Shown: positions 36,701 to 45,675 of the stretch, in pieces
Position numbering within the stretch: position 1 is the first letter of the stretch
Layout of the letters: each line of letters opens with the position of its first letter
Assembly (NCBI GenBank): GCA_963675745.2
Contig: CAXXWX010000019.1
Coordinates: 224,001-288,000 of the forward strand
Direction of reading: 5' to 3'
From: Phycisphaerae bacterium
GTDB taxonomy: Bacteria; Planctomycetota; Phycisphaerae; UBA1845; Fen-1342
DNA: 64,000 nucleotides
The notes under the pieces: generated by a model
Told to the model about the DNA's origin: nothing
Databases searched by the model: none
Seen by the model: the letters and a program-made list of their open reading frames with translations, nothing else
Position numbers and translations under genes: made by a program

Positions 36701-38461
36701 ATGGCAGTTTACACAGGATCGAAACCGGGTCGGCCGCGGCTGGCACTGTTCGTCGCGGCGGCGGCGCTGGCTTGCACTCTGGGGATGGCGTGGCTCCAGG
36801 TCCGCGCCAAGCGCATGCTGCAATCCGAGGTTGCCATCGACGGCACGCCCCTGATTGTGCGCCCGCCGTTGGGCTGGCATCAGGCGGAGAATGAGCCCGG
36901 TCGTTTTTTTCTGCCGGCACCCGCGCCACAACGCCGACGCGGCATCGCGTTCAGCAAGGATGTGCGGGTCAGCTACAAGCGACAGCGTTTCTTCGTGTCG
37001 CCGGTGACACCCGACCGGCATCTGCCGACCACGCTTGCCGGCTTGCCCGCGGTGCAGTCGCGTGTCAGAAAGCCGACCGAGCGGCAGCCGCGGCTGGTCG
37101 ACCACGTCGTCAGCCGGGTCACGTGTTCGCCGCGTGGCGATGTGATCCGCATCGACTATGTGACGCGGACCGGTCTGACAATGGCCGACCTCGAGCTGCT
37201 CGACCAGATCGCCGCGTCAGTCCGCATCCAACTGCCGAACGCCAACGCCGATCCCAGCCAGGCCCTTGAGCGGGTCGGCGTTTCGGTTCCCTTGGAAGAC
37301 GACTGGATCGCGGCATTGCCGGATGTCGAGCAGGTCGCTGGTTGCTACATCGGCGGCACCATCAAGGGCATTCCAGCCTGGTCCCTCGGGATCTACCGCA
37401 CCTGGCTCGCGCATGGTCGTGAGCCGGATGATCTGCTCACCGATTTCGCCGCACTTTATTGGGAAGCGGAAGCCGACGCACTCACTGTGGTACACACACA
37501 ACGCGGCGATGGTGTTCAGATCGCCCATGTGACCACGCCAATCCCCGGACAACATCCCATCGCGGCGGCGTGGCTGGTGAGCAAGTCGGCGTCAGAGGCG
37601 GTGATCATACCGGTCTTTGCAACGCTCGACGTGGCGATCATCTCGGGTGAGGCCGCCGCCGCTCAGATCGTCGAGGCGCTCGAGTTTACGGCGACGGGTG
37701 GCATTCCAGACATCGCCGCCGCCGAGGCCGCCGGGCGCGAACTGGCCGGCGTGATCCACGAGCAGGGTGTGCAGACCTGGTGGGGCAGCGCTCCACAGCG
37801 GACCTACTACCTGGTTCACACGGTGCGCGGCCGCGAGGCCTGGCTCTCCGAACGCGCGCCGGTCGGAGAGCGTCCGGTCCGCGGTTACCGGGGCGCCGAG
37901 TTCAACCTGCATCCGGACGGTGACCGCCGGCAGTCCTGGTCGGTGGATATGTCTGACGCCCAGCCGTGGCGTTACCAGTTCTATTTTGAGGAGAATGTGA
38001 GCGGCCGACTCGGTCGGCGGCGACTCCAGAATCAGGCGACCGAATCACGCAAAGCCGGCAGCGGGCACGTATCACGGACGCGCGTGAACTCCGGCCTCCA
38101 CTCGGAGACGGACTTCACGCCAGGCGCGGCGTTTATCTGCCCGGCGGTCGATTCGATCGCGGAGTACCTGGTCGCGAGCGAGACCGAGGGCGCCTGGATG
38201 ATTGAAGGCTCGGACCTGATCGGGCGCGGCAGCCACACGCGCTTGTTGCGACCGATGTCGACGGACGACCCGGATGACCGCCGCGTACTTGCTCAAAGCG
38301 ACGTTTTTCCATTTGGCGTAGTGCTGACCTATGATGCGGACGCGACACTGCGCGCTGCCGTTTATCCGAGCGCCGCGCTCGAACGGGTCTCGCGCGAAGA
38401 GGCCGAAGCGCGCTTTCCCGAGCTGCGCGGCGTGTCGTTTGAAGGCCTGAGCAGACCATAG
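36701..38461 (+). CDS. Membrane-anchored hypothetical protein (586 aa)
   Basis: Long ORF with host-like codon pattern and one N-terminal TM; no motif recognised. Confidence 0.7.
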   Translation: MAVYTGSKPGRPRLALFVAAAALACTLGMAWLQVRAKRMLQSEVAIDGTPLIVRPPLGWHQAENEPGRFFLPAPAPQRRRGIAFSKDVRVSYKRQRFFVSPVTPDRHLPTTLAGLPAVQSRVRKPTERQPRLVDHVVSRVTCSPRGDVIRIDYVTRTGLTMADLELLDQIAASVRIQLPNANADPSQALERVGVSVPLEDDWIAALPDVEQVAGCYIGGTIKGIPAWSLGIYRTWLAHGREPDDLLTDFAALYWEAEADALTVVHTQRGDGVQIAHVTTPIPGQHPIAAAWLVSKSASEAVIIPVFATLDVAIISGEAAAAQIVEALEFTATGGIPDIAAAEAAGRELAGVIHEQGVQTWWGSAPQRTYYLVHTVRGREAWLSERAPVGERPVRGYRGAEFNLHPDGDRRQSWSVDMSDAQPWRYQFYFEENVSGRLGRRRLQNQATESRKAGSGHVSRTRVNSGLHSETDFTPGAAFICPAVDSIAEYLVASETEGAWMIEGSDLIGRGSHTRLLRPMSTDDPDDRRVLAQSDVFPFGVVLTYDADATLRAAVYPSAALERVSREEAEARFPELRGVSFEGLSRP

Positions 38462-38648
38462 GCCGACGCGTCGCTCGCGTTGGCGTCCGGGCGGAATTGC
38501 GCCCCGGCGGGGATCACCGGTGGGTTGGCGGGAATCGTATTCAGTGTAATCGCACGGATTGGCGAGATTGCGAAGACAGTTGTGACTTGCGTAAGATACT
38601 CGGGCTGCATGGATGATCAGCAAACAGGCTAGTTGACGCGCCGTGCCC

Positions 38649-40514
38649 ATGAAGACACTGGAATTGCCCACATCACCTGCGACAGTTGCCGGAGTGCAGA
38701 CCCCTGCGGGGCGGCCGGCCGATAGGTTATCAGACCACTCGCGCGTCGGCACCAGTTCATTTGACGGAATTACCTGGACATACCGCAACGGCTTTGACCT
38801 CGTCTTGAGCCGCGTCGCCGCGTCGGCGTGGGCCGATCCGCGCGCCCAAGGCTGGGAGTGCGTTAAACAGAATCTGGCACGCTCGGTGTGGCGCGCCAGA
38901 ATCGGCGAACAAACCTACTACCTCAAGTACTACATGACCGGCGGCTGGCTCGATCACCTCAAAGCCTGGGTCCGCGGACCCGCCTGCCAGGCTGAATGGC
39001 GCAGCGGGTTGTTCGCGTTCGGCGCGGGCATCGACGTCGTGCCGCCAGCCGGCTTCGCCGACAAGCTGCGCGCCTTCGGACACCCATGCGCGCTGCTGGT
39101 CACCGAGGCGCTTGAGCCGACCACGCCGCTGAATGAGTTCTGGGCCACGCTGCAAACAGACGAAGACGATCAACGTCGTCGTGCCGACACCGCACAACTG
39201 ATCGAAACGCTCGCCGAGCTCATCGCGCGCGCGCACCAGTCCGGCTTCGAGCACACGGACATGCACGCCGAGAACATCCTGGTGCAGCGCGTCGGCCCGC
39301 GGCGCTACCGGGCCGTATTCGTCGACCTGCACAGCGCCAGGCTCGACACCCCGATCAGTGATCGGGCGGTATTACGCAACCTGGCGCAGCTCAACCAGTG
39401 GTTTCGCCGACACGCATCGATAGGCGACCGGCTGCGGTTTCTCCGGGCCTATCTGCGCTGGCGCGGCGAATTCGAGCACACCCTGCCCCATGGCCGCGCC
39501 ATGCACACGTCGTTCGAGAGCATCATTCCGGCGCTGGCCCGGGCCGCCGAACGCCACGCGGCCCGATTGTGCGCGCAACGCGACCGTCGCGCGCTGCGCA
39601 ACGGGCGCTACTTTGGCAAGCTGCGCACGGGAAGTGGCTGGCGGGCGCGTGTTTTCCTGGCGTGCAAACGACCGCGCGCGGATTCGCACGCGTCGCGCCT
39701 GCAACTGTCACGGGAATGGTGGCGCGCGCAACTGAGTAATCCGCTGCGCTGGTTCACGGCGGATGGCGCCGAGGACTGCAAGAACTCGCACTCGGCGCAG
39801 GTGCGCCGCGCTGTATTGGTCGTTGACAGACAGACGAGCCTACCGGTGATCATCAAACGCCCGTTGGCGCGCGACTGGTGGCGCCGGCTGCGCATGTTGC
39901 TGCCGCCATCGCGCAGTATGCGCGGTTGGCGCATCGGCAATGCACTGCTGCACCGTGATCAAGCCGCCGCGCGCCCGCTCGCCGTGCTCGAAAAACGCAT
40001 CGGCCCGTTGGTCCTTGACAGCGTGCTGCTTACCGAGGCGCTCCCCGGTGCGTGCGATCTCGAAGCACACCTCACACGACAGCACGGCGCCCTCGCGCCG
40101 GGCGACTGGTTCCGGCACAAGCGCTCGCTCTGCGAAGCCCTGGTTCGGCACATCCGGCAGTTTGAGCGGCGCGGCTTTGCGCATCTGGATTGCAAGGCCG
40201 GTAACATCCTGGTCGCGCCGCACCCGCGGCAGAAGCTGCTCTGGATTGACATGGACGGCGTACGTCGGGTTCGCCGGTTGACGCGCCGCCAGCGTCTCAG
40301 GGCCTTGTCACGCCTGCACGTCAGCCTGTTGAGCGTGCCCGGGCTGACGCGCACCGACTCGGGACGTTTTCTGAAGGCGTATTGCTATACGTATGGCGGA
40401 AACATCGATGCCTGGCGCGGACTCTGGCGTGAACTGGAGGCCCTGATTCAGCGCAAGCGGCACAAACGCGAAGCCCGCCGCACGTGGAAGCTGAAACACT
40501 ACGGCAGATCATAA
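38649..40514 (+). CDS. Kdo/WaaP/InaA-family lipopolysaccharide kinase with two tandem kinase domains
   Basis: First domain YYLKYY...HTDMHAENIL...FVDL; second domain IIKR...HLDCKAGNIL...WIDMDG. Confidence 0.85.
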   Translation: MKTLELPTSPATVAGVQTPAGRPADRLSDHSRVGTSSFDGITWTYRNGFDLVLSRVAASAWADPRAQGWECVKQNLARSVWRARIGEQTYYLKYYMTGGWLDHLKAWVRGPACQAEWRSGLFAFGAGIDVVPPAGFADKLRAFGHPCALLVTEALEPTTPLNEFWATLQTDEDDQRRRADTAQLIETLAELIARAHQSGFEHTDMHAENILVQRVGPRRYRAVFVDLHSARLDTPISDRAVLRNLAQLNQWFRRHASIGDRLRFLRAYLRWRGEFEHTLPHGRAMHTSFESIIPALARAAERHAARLCAQRDRRALRNGRYFGKLRTGSGWRARVFLACKRPRADSHASRLQLSREWWRAQLSNPLRWFTADGAEDCKNSHSAQVRRAVLVVDRQTSLPVIIKRPLARDWWRRLRMLLPPSRSMRGWRIGNALLHRDQAAARPLAVLEKRIGPLVLDSVLLTEALPGACDLEAHLTRQHGALAPGDWFRHKRSLCEALVRHIRQFERRGFAHLDCKAGNILVAPHPRQKLLWIDMDGVRRVRRLTRRQRLRALSRLHVSLLSVPGLTRTDSGRFLKAYCYTYGGNIDAWRGLWRELEALIQRKRHKREARRTWKLKHYGRS

Positions 40515-40541
40515 GCCCGCGGTTGTGCCGCCCGACGGCGT

Positions 40542-41264
40542 TTACTTAGCTACCTCCGCAACCTCGCGGACGACCGGCAGGAAGAGCTTCTCATCGAGCC
40601 CCATTTCATCGATATACTCGGCGATTTGATGAATCGCGTTTAGACAGCGCAGGTCGTCGTGCGTATCCGTGCCGATGCAGACGCGCAGCTTGTGGTTCGG
40701 GACTATTTTGAACCAGGGGTCGTCCTTGCTCAGCGGCAGCAGCTTTGAGTTGATCTCGTAGAAGATCCGCGCGTTGGACAACGTGCGCACCACCTGGTCC
40801 ATCGACGTATTCGGGAACTGCGTGGCAATCTCGGCGTGGGCCAGTCCGACCGGGCAGGGGAATCGCCGGGCCTGGTTGGCCAATGTTGTCAAACCCGCCC
40901 AGTCAACAAACTCGAAGAACACGTAGTCCACGCCGTCCAGCATCCGGCAGATGGTGGGCAGCATGTTCTTGTTGAGCGGCCAGTTGATTTCGGCTCCGCA
41001 GAACACGTCCATCCGACCGGCCCATCTTTTGCGCGCCGCGCGCACCTGCTCCACGTAGGTACGCCGCTCAGCACCAAACATCCGCTCGAAGTCGCGCTCG
41101 GACTTTACCTCGCGCGAGGAGGGGGTGCAGAACAGGTGATCGGTTATCCCCACGCCGTGCACGGGCAACTCGAGTTCCAGGTGGGCCTCGATGATCTCGT
41201 CAATGGAATAGGCACCATCTGAGAACGGCGTGTGGTTGTGCAGGTTATGGACTGTCTGAATCAT
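40542..41264 (-). CDS. PHP domain phosphoesterase
   Basis: NLHNHTPFSDG, ITDH, GAEI, LAH, YEIN, GTDTH; GGAGGAAGG RBS. Confidence 0.85.
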   Translation of the reverse strand: MIQTVHNLHNHTPFSDGAYSIDEIIEAHLELELPVHGVGITDHLFCTPSSREVKSERDFERMFGAERRTYVEQVRAARKRWAGRMDVFCGAEINWPLNKNMLPTICRMLDGVDYVFFEFVDWAGLTTLANQARRFPCPVGLAHAEIATQFPNTSMDQVVRTLSNARIFYEINSKLLPLSKDDPWFKIVPNHKLRVCIGTDTHDDLRCLNAIHQIAEYIDEMGLDEKLFLPVVREVAEVAK

Positions 41265-41791
41265 CCTTCCTCCCAGAAGCGTGGCTCCGCCGCGCGCTAC
41301 GCGTGACACATTGCCCGAAACACCTCGGTATCCACCCCCGGCCGGGAGACGTCACGGCATATCGGACGAATCCACGGTGCTACCATCATCAACGAGCCAG
41401 CCGGCGAACTACTGTGCCGCCCTAGGCCGTAAACACTCGCCACCCGCGCGACGAGCGGAAAATCCTAGCGTGCGCCACTGTGTGCGTCCAGATAAGCCGT
41501 CTGACAGGACCGGCGCTACTGGGGTCGTGAGTACAATCCTCCACAGCCGGGCCTTACCGGCTGGCTGATGGCATTGGCACAAAACCTCAGCGGCGCCGAA
41601 GCATGCCATCGCGTCATGTGTTTCACGTTCCCCGCTGCACACCGGCTCGCAGCCGCGCCGCCAGTGCAACTGATCATGAGTATACACCCACACGCCGCCC
41701 TTGGCGAGCGCTGTTTCCGGACACTCGTGCTCGGATCGGGTCTCTGCCCCGGGGCCGTCGCCCCGCTTTCCGGAAAATTCGATTTCGGCGC

Positions 41792-41815
41792 GAACCGCGA
41801 TCCGCCGCCCCCGTA
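41792..41815 (+). promoter_or_regulatory. Putative ECF-sigma promoter
   Basis: GAAC-N16-CGTA, matching the AAC/CGT ECF pattern (compare SigW TGAAAC-N16-CGTA). Confidence 0.5.
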
Positions 41816-41821
41816 TGTACG

Positions 41822-41921
41822 GGTGAAACACACAGCGACTTGTTAAAACCTCCTGTAACTCCTCCTCTTCCCGCCCCCGCGGCGTGGCCAACGAAGCTTG
41901 GCCACGCCGCGGGGTGTTTTT
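41822..41921 (+). ncRNA. Candidate ~100-nt small RNA with anti-SD motifs
   Basis: Lies between the ECF-like promoter and a strong terminator with no credible ORF; contains ACCTCCT (41848-41854) and CTCCTCCT (41859-41866). Confidence 0.5.
41875..41921 (+). terminator. Rho-independent terminator
   Basis: Perfect 17-bp stem CCCCGCGGCGTGGCCAA / TTGGCCACGCCGCGGGG, loop CGAAGC, followed by TGTTTTT. Confidence 0.85.
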
Positions 41922-42069
41922 ATGCCACGCCGGTCTCTGTGGATCTGGCGGCCTGAGGCACAACGAGCGTTATCGAGCCCATTCTTGCCTGATGGCGGGG
42001 CGCGGCGGTCGCGGGTACGCTGAAAGCCGTGCAATTGAACACCCGGGTTGGCGAGCAGGGAGGATAGCC

Positions 42070-43965
42070 ATGCTGCCCTGGCTTACGGTACCGGTCGCGT
42101 TGCTGGCGCTTCAGACAGGACCTGTCGCCGCCGCCGACTATTTCCGCATCCGCGTAATTGACGAACAAACCGGCCGGGGCGTGCCCTTGGTTGAGCTGCG
42201 CACCGTCAATAGCGTGTGCTACTACACAGACTCCGCCGGATTCATCGCGTTTCACGAGCCGGGACTCATGGACCAGGAGGTCCATTTCTCAATCTCCGCC
42301 CACGGGTACGAGTACCCGGCGGATGGATTCGGATATCGCGGCGTGCGGCTCAAGATATCGCCCGGCGGTGAGGCCACGATCAAGATCAAGCGTCTGAATA
42401 TCGCCGAGCGCATCTATCGCGTAACGGGCGGGGCGGTTTACCGTGACAGCGTGCTGCTGGGGCGGCCGGTTCCGACCGAGCGGCCGGTGTTGAACGGACT
42501 GGTGTTCGGGCAGGACAGCGTGGTTAACACGGTCTATCACGGGGGCATCTACTGGTTCTGGGGCGACACGAGCCGCCCGGCCTATCCGCTGGGGAACTTC
42601 CAGGTGGCGGGCGCTACATCGCGGCTGCCGGATGATGGCGGGCTGCCGCCGGATGCCGGTGTGGACCTGACGTACTTTGTCGATGAAGGCGGTTTTGCGC
42701 GCGAGATGGCGCCCATTCCGGGTCCGGGACCGACGTGGATCGACGGGCTCGTGACGCTACGCGGAGCCGATGGTACAGAGCGGATGTTCGCGGCGTATGC
42801 CAAGGTCCGGGCCGACATGACGGCTACCGGGCGCGGGCTGCTCGAGTTTGACGACGACGCCAAGCAGCTTAAGCGCATCGCCGAGTTTGATCTCAAGGCA
42901 CCAATAAGCCCGGGTGGCCACACGTTCCTTCACGATGTTGACGGGGTGCGCCACATCTACTACACGCGGCCGTTTCCGGTGATTCGCGTGCCCGCCGACC
43001 CCGACAAGCTGGCCGACCTGTTGAACTACGAGTGCTTCACATGCCTGCGGCCCGGAAGCAGTGTCGAAGAACCGGGGCTCGACCGTGACGCGGATGGCGC
43101 GCTCCGCTGGGCATGGAAGCGCGACGCCCCACCCTTGATTCCACGCGTGCAGGAGGACTTGATCAAAAGCGGCCGGATGGACCTGCGCGAGGCACGGTTC
43201 CGGCTTCACGATATCCAGACCGGCAAGCCGGTGATCGTACACGGCGGCTCGGTGTACTGGAATGCGCATCGCCGTCGTTGGGTGATGATAGCGTCCGAGA
43301 TATTCGGGACCTCAATGCTCGGAGAGATCTGGCTGGCCGAGGCGGATACGCCGTTGGGGCCGTGGCGTTTTGCGTGCAAGATCGTCACGCACGAGCGCTA
43401 CAGCTTTTACAACCCGAAGCAACACCCGATGTTTGATGAAGACGACGGCCGCGTGATCTATTTCGAGGGAACATACACGAGCACGTTTTCCGGCAACCCC
43501 GTCAAGACGCCGCGCTACGACTATAACCAGATCATGTATCGGCTGGATCTCGCCGACCCGCGCACAGTTTTGCCCGTGGCCGTGTACACGAGCGACGAGG
43601 GCGTAAGCACGGGCGTTGATACCGGGGATGACGCACGCCCTGCCCGCATGCCGGCGTTTTTCGCTCTGGATCGCCCGATCCCGGATAGTGTTGCTGTTTA
43701 CGAAGAGTCCTCGGGCCAGCGCCCCGGCACACTTGAAGCGCGGCCGGTGGATACCGACGCTGGTCGGCGTCCGATCTTTTTTGCCCTGCCGGCCGAGCTC
43801 GATTCGCCACCTTCCGCGACGGCGCCGTTGTATGCGCACATCCACGCCGATGGCCGCCGGATTTACGCCGTCGAGGGCGGCCATGTGCCGACCGGCTTTG
43901 AGCGCAGCGGGCAACCTGTCTGCAGAGTGTGGCGCGATCCGCTGAGCGCAGCGCAGACTGATTGA
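42070..43965 (+). CDS. Secreted hypothetical protein (N-terminal carboxypeptidase-regulatory-like beta domain, then probable beta-propeller)
   Basis: Signal peptide ending PVAAA; IRVIDEQTGRGVP...TDSAG; YWFWGDT; YNPKQHP; GGAGG RBS. Confidence 0.7.
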   Translation: MLPWLTVPVALLALQTGPVAAADYFRIRVIDEQTGRGVPLVELRTVNSVCYYTDSAGFIAFHEPGLMDQEVHFSISAHGYEYPADGFGYRGVRLKISPGGEATIKIKRLNIAERIYRVTGGAVYRDSVLLGRPVPTERPVLNGLVFGQDSVVNTVYHGGIYWFWGDTSRPAYPLGNFQVAGATSRLPDDGGLPPDAGVDLTYFVDEGGFAREMAPIPGPGPTWIDGLVTLRGADGTERMFAAYAKVRADMTATGRGLLEFDDDAKQLKRIAEFDLKAPISPGGHTFLHDVDGVRHIYYTRPFPVIRVPADPDKLADLLNYECFTCLRPGSSVEEPGLDRDADGALRWAWKRDAPPLIPRVQEDLIKSGRMDLREARFRLHDIQTGKPVIVHGGSVYWNAHRRRWVMIASEIFGTSMLGEIWLAEADTPLGPWRFACKIVTHERYSFYNPKQHPMFDEDDGRVIYFEGTYTSTFSGNPVKTPRYDYNQIMYRLDLADPRTVLPVAVYTSDEGVSTGVDTGDDARPARMPAFFALDRPIPDSVAVYEESSGQRPGTLEARPVDTDAGRRPIFFALPAELDSPPSATAPLYAHIHADGRRIYAVEGGHVPTGFERSGQPVCRVWRDPLSAAQTD

Positions 43966-44068
43966 TCGTCACAAGGCGCAGACCCGCGCGGATTACGCGC
44001 CGCGGCCGCGACAACGGCCGTTTCCGCTGGTGGTGTTTTGTGTATCACGCTGCGCTTCAGCGTAACGT

Positions 44069-44148
44069 GTAACGGCCGGCGCCTCGCCGGCCGCCGAGCG
44101 TCAGAAGCGTCGTCTCGCGCCGACGGCCTGCGAGGCGCAGGCCGCTCC
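44069..44148. repeat. REP-like inverted doublet, family 2
   Basis: GTAA+CGGCCGGCG-CCT-CGCCGGCCG, then inverted CGGCCTGCG-AGG-CGCAGGCCG+CTCC, between convergent genes. Confidence 0.8.
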
Positions 44149-44186
44149 AGTGCCATACGCGCGAAACAGCCTGACTGGAAACGACA

Positions 44187-45407
44187 CTAATCGTACAGCA
44201 AGTATTTCTCCCGCTGTTTCATGAATGTCTTCAGCTCTTCCGACCACAGCGCGGTGTACGGCGTGGCGCCGCTTGAGGTCTTGACCTGGCCGAGGACTTT
44301 CTTGTTGAACAGCAGGCGGTCAACGTGGTCGACATCGAATGAGTCGCCGAATAGATCCTTGAGTTCGCGCGTGATTGACAGCCCGGTTTCGAGTGGGTCG
44401 AACGCGTCGCGATCCGTCAGCACGATCTGCACGCCGCCACATTCGACGCCCTTGTGCTTGCTCGATTCAGGCACGAACCGGTAGGGAAGAAAGCGAATCC
44501 CCGCCAGCCCCAGCCCGTTCAGCCGGGCCGCCAGTTTGCGGCCGTCAATCCACGGGGCGCCGAATCTCTCGAACGGCGTGTCGGTCCCGCGCCCGACGGA
44601 CACATCACAGGCCTCGATCAGCCCGATGGCGGGATACACGGTCGCCTGGGTCAGCGAGCGCATATTGGGTGACGGGTCGACCCAGGTGAGCAGTGTTTCG
44701 TCGAGCCACATGCTGCGCCGCCAACCCTCCATCTGGATAACGTCGAGGTCGACACCGATCTTCCTTTCGGCGTTGAACATCTGAGCCAGTTCGCCGGCGG
44801 TCATCCCGTGGACAAGTGGGATGCGGTGATACGCGGTGAACTTGCCGTCTCGGTCGCTTAGCGGACCAAACACCCGCACGCCGGTGATGGGATTGGGCCG
44901 ATCGAGGACAACGAAGCTGATATCGTGCGCGGCGGCGGCCTCCATCGCCATCCCCATGGTGGCTATGTACGTGTAGAAGCGTGTGCCGATGTCCTGGATA
45001 TCGAAGACGATTACATCGACACCCTCCAGCATCTCGGCGGTGGGCCGTCGTGTCTCGCCGTACAGGCTGAAAACCCGCAGTCCGGTCTTCTGATCGGTCG
45101 AGTCGGGCACGAGCTCGTCAAACGTGCCGCGGATGCCGTGTTCCGGAGCGAAGAGGGCCACCAGGTTGACGTTTGGGGATTCGTGCATCAGCGATAGTGT
45201 TGACCGGCCGCGGCGATCCAGGCCGGTGTGGTTGGTGATCAGCCCGACCTTGCGCCCGCGAAGTGCCGCAAAGTCGTCGCGCGCGAGCACATCGATACCA
45301 CAGTACACGCCGCCATCGATGTCCTGGTTGTCGTCGGCCGGCGACACGCCGATCATTGTGGCGGCGACAAGCGCCACCAGGATGGCACACCCGGTTCTGT
45401 GAAGCAT
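44187..45407 (-). CDS. DUF1343 exo-beta-N-acetylmuramidase (NamZ family)
   Basis: GLITNHTG, FAPEHG, SLYG, FDIQDIGTRFYTY, VLDRPNP, HGMTAGEL, PSPNM, SVGRGT; signal peptide. Confidence 0.92.
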   Translation of the reverse strand: MLHRTGCAILVALVAATMIGVSPADDNQDIDGGVYCGIDVLARDDFAALRGRKVGLITNHTGLDRRGRSTLSLMHESPNVNLVALFAPEHGIRGTFDELVPDSTDQKTGLRVFSLYGETRRPTAEMLEGVDVIVFDIQDIGTRFYTYIATMGMAMEAAAAHDISFVVLDRPNPITGVRVFGPLSDRDGKFTAYHRIPLVHGMTAGELAQMFNAERKIGVDLDVIQMEGWRRSMWLDETLLTWVDPSPNMRSLTQATVYPAIGLIEACDVSVGRGTDTPFERFGAPWIDGRKLAARLNGLGLAGIRFLPYRFVPESSKHKGVECGGVQIVLTDRDAFDPLETGLSITRELKDLFGDSFDVDHVDRLLFNKKVLGQVKTSSGATPYTALWSEELKTFMKQREKYLLYD

Positions 45408-45675
45408 TGATTTGATCTCCCGTGTTTGTGGCGCACGCGGCGACGACTTCACGGTGCCGTCGGCGCAGGGCTTTGCAACGGCCTCCATAAACGCACATCC
45501 TACGGCGGATGCCGGGCGCGGGCAAAACGCCGAACAGCGACGCCGCATTTGAAGTCTCACGCCCCGAGCTGCGCGGGGCGGCCGGGGCTGACTCTTGCAG
45601 CGCAGCACCCGGCCGTTTAGCCTCAAGGGCGGATTGCCGGTCGACTCTAGTGTGCCAAGCGCAGGGTGCTGGAAT

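Noticed and set aside
41310..41790. Protein-coding genes or tRNA in the long intergenic region
   Set aside because: Candidate ORFs lack RBSs, motifs and typical codon pattern; no cloverleaf or TTCGA arm in a tRNA context was recognised.
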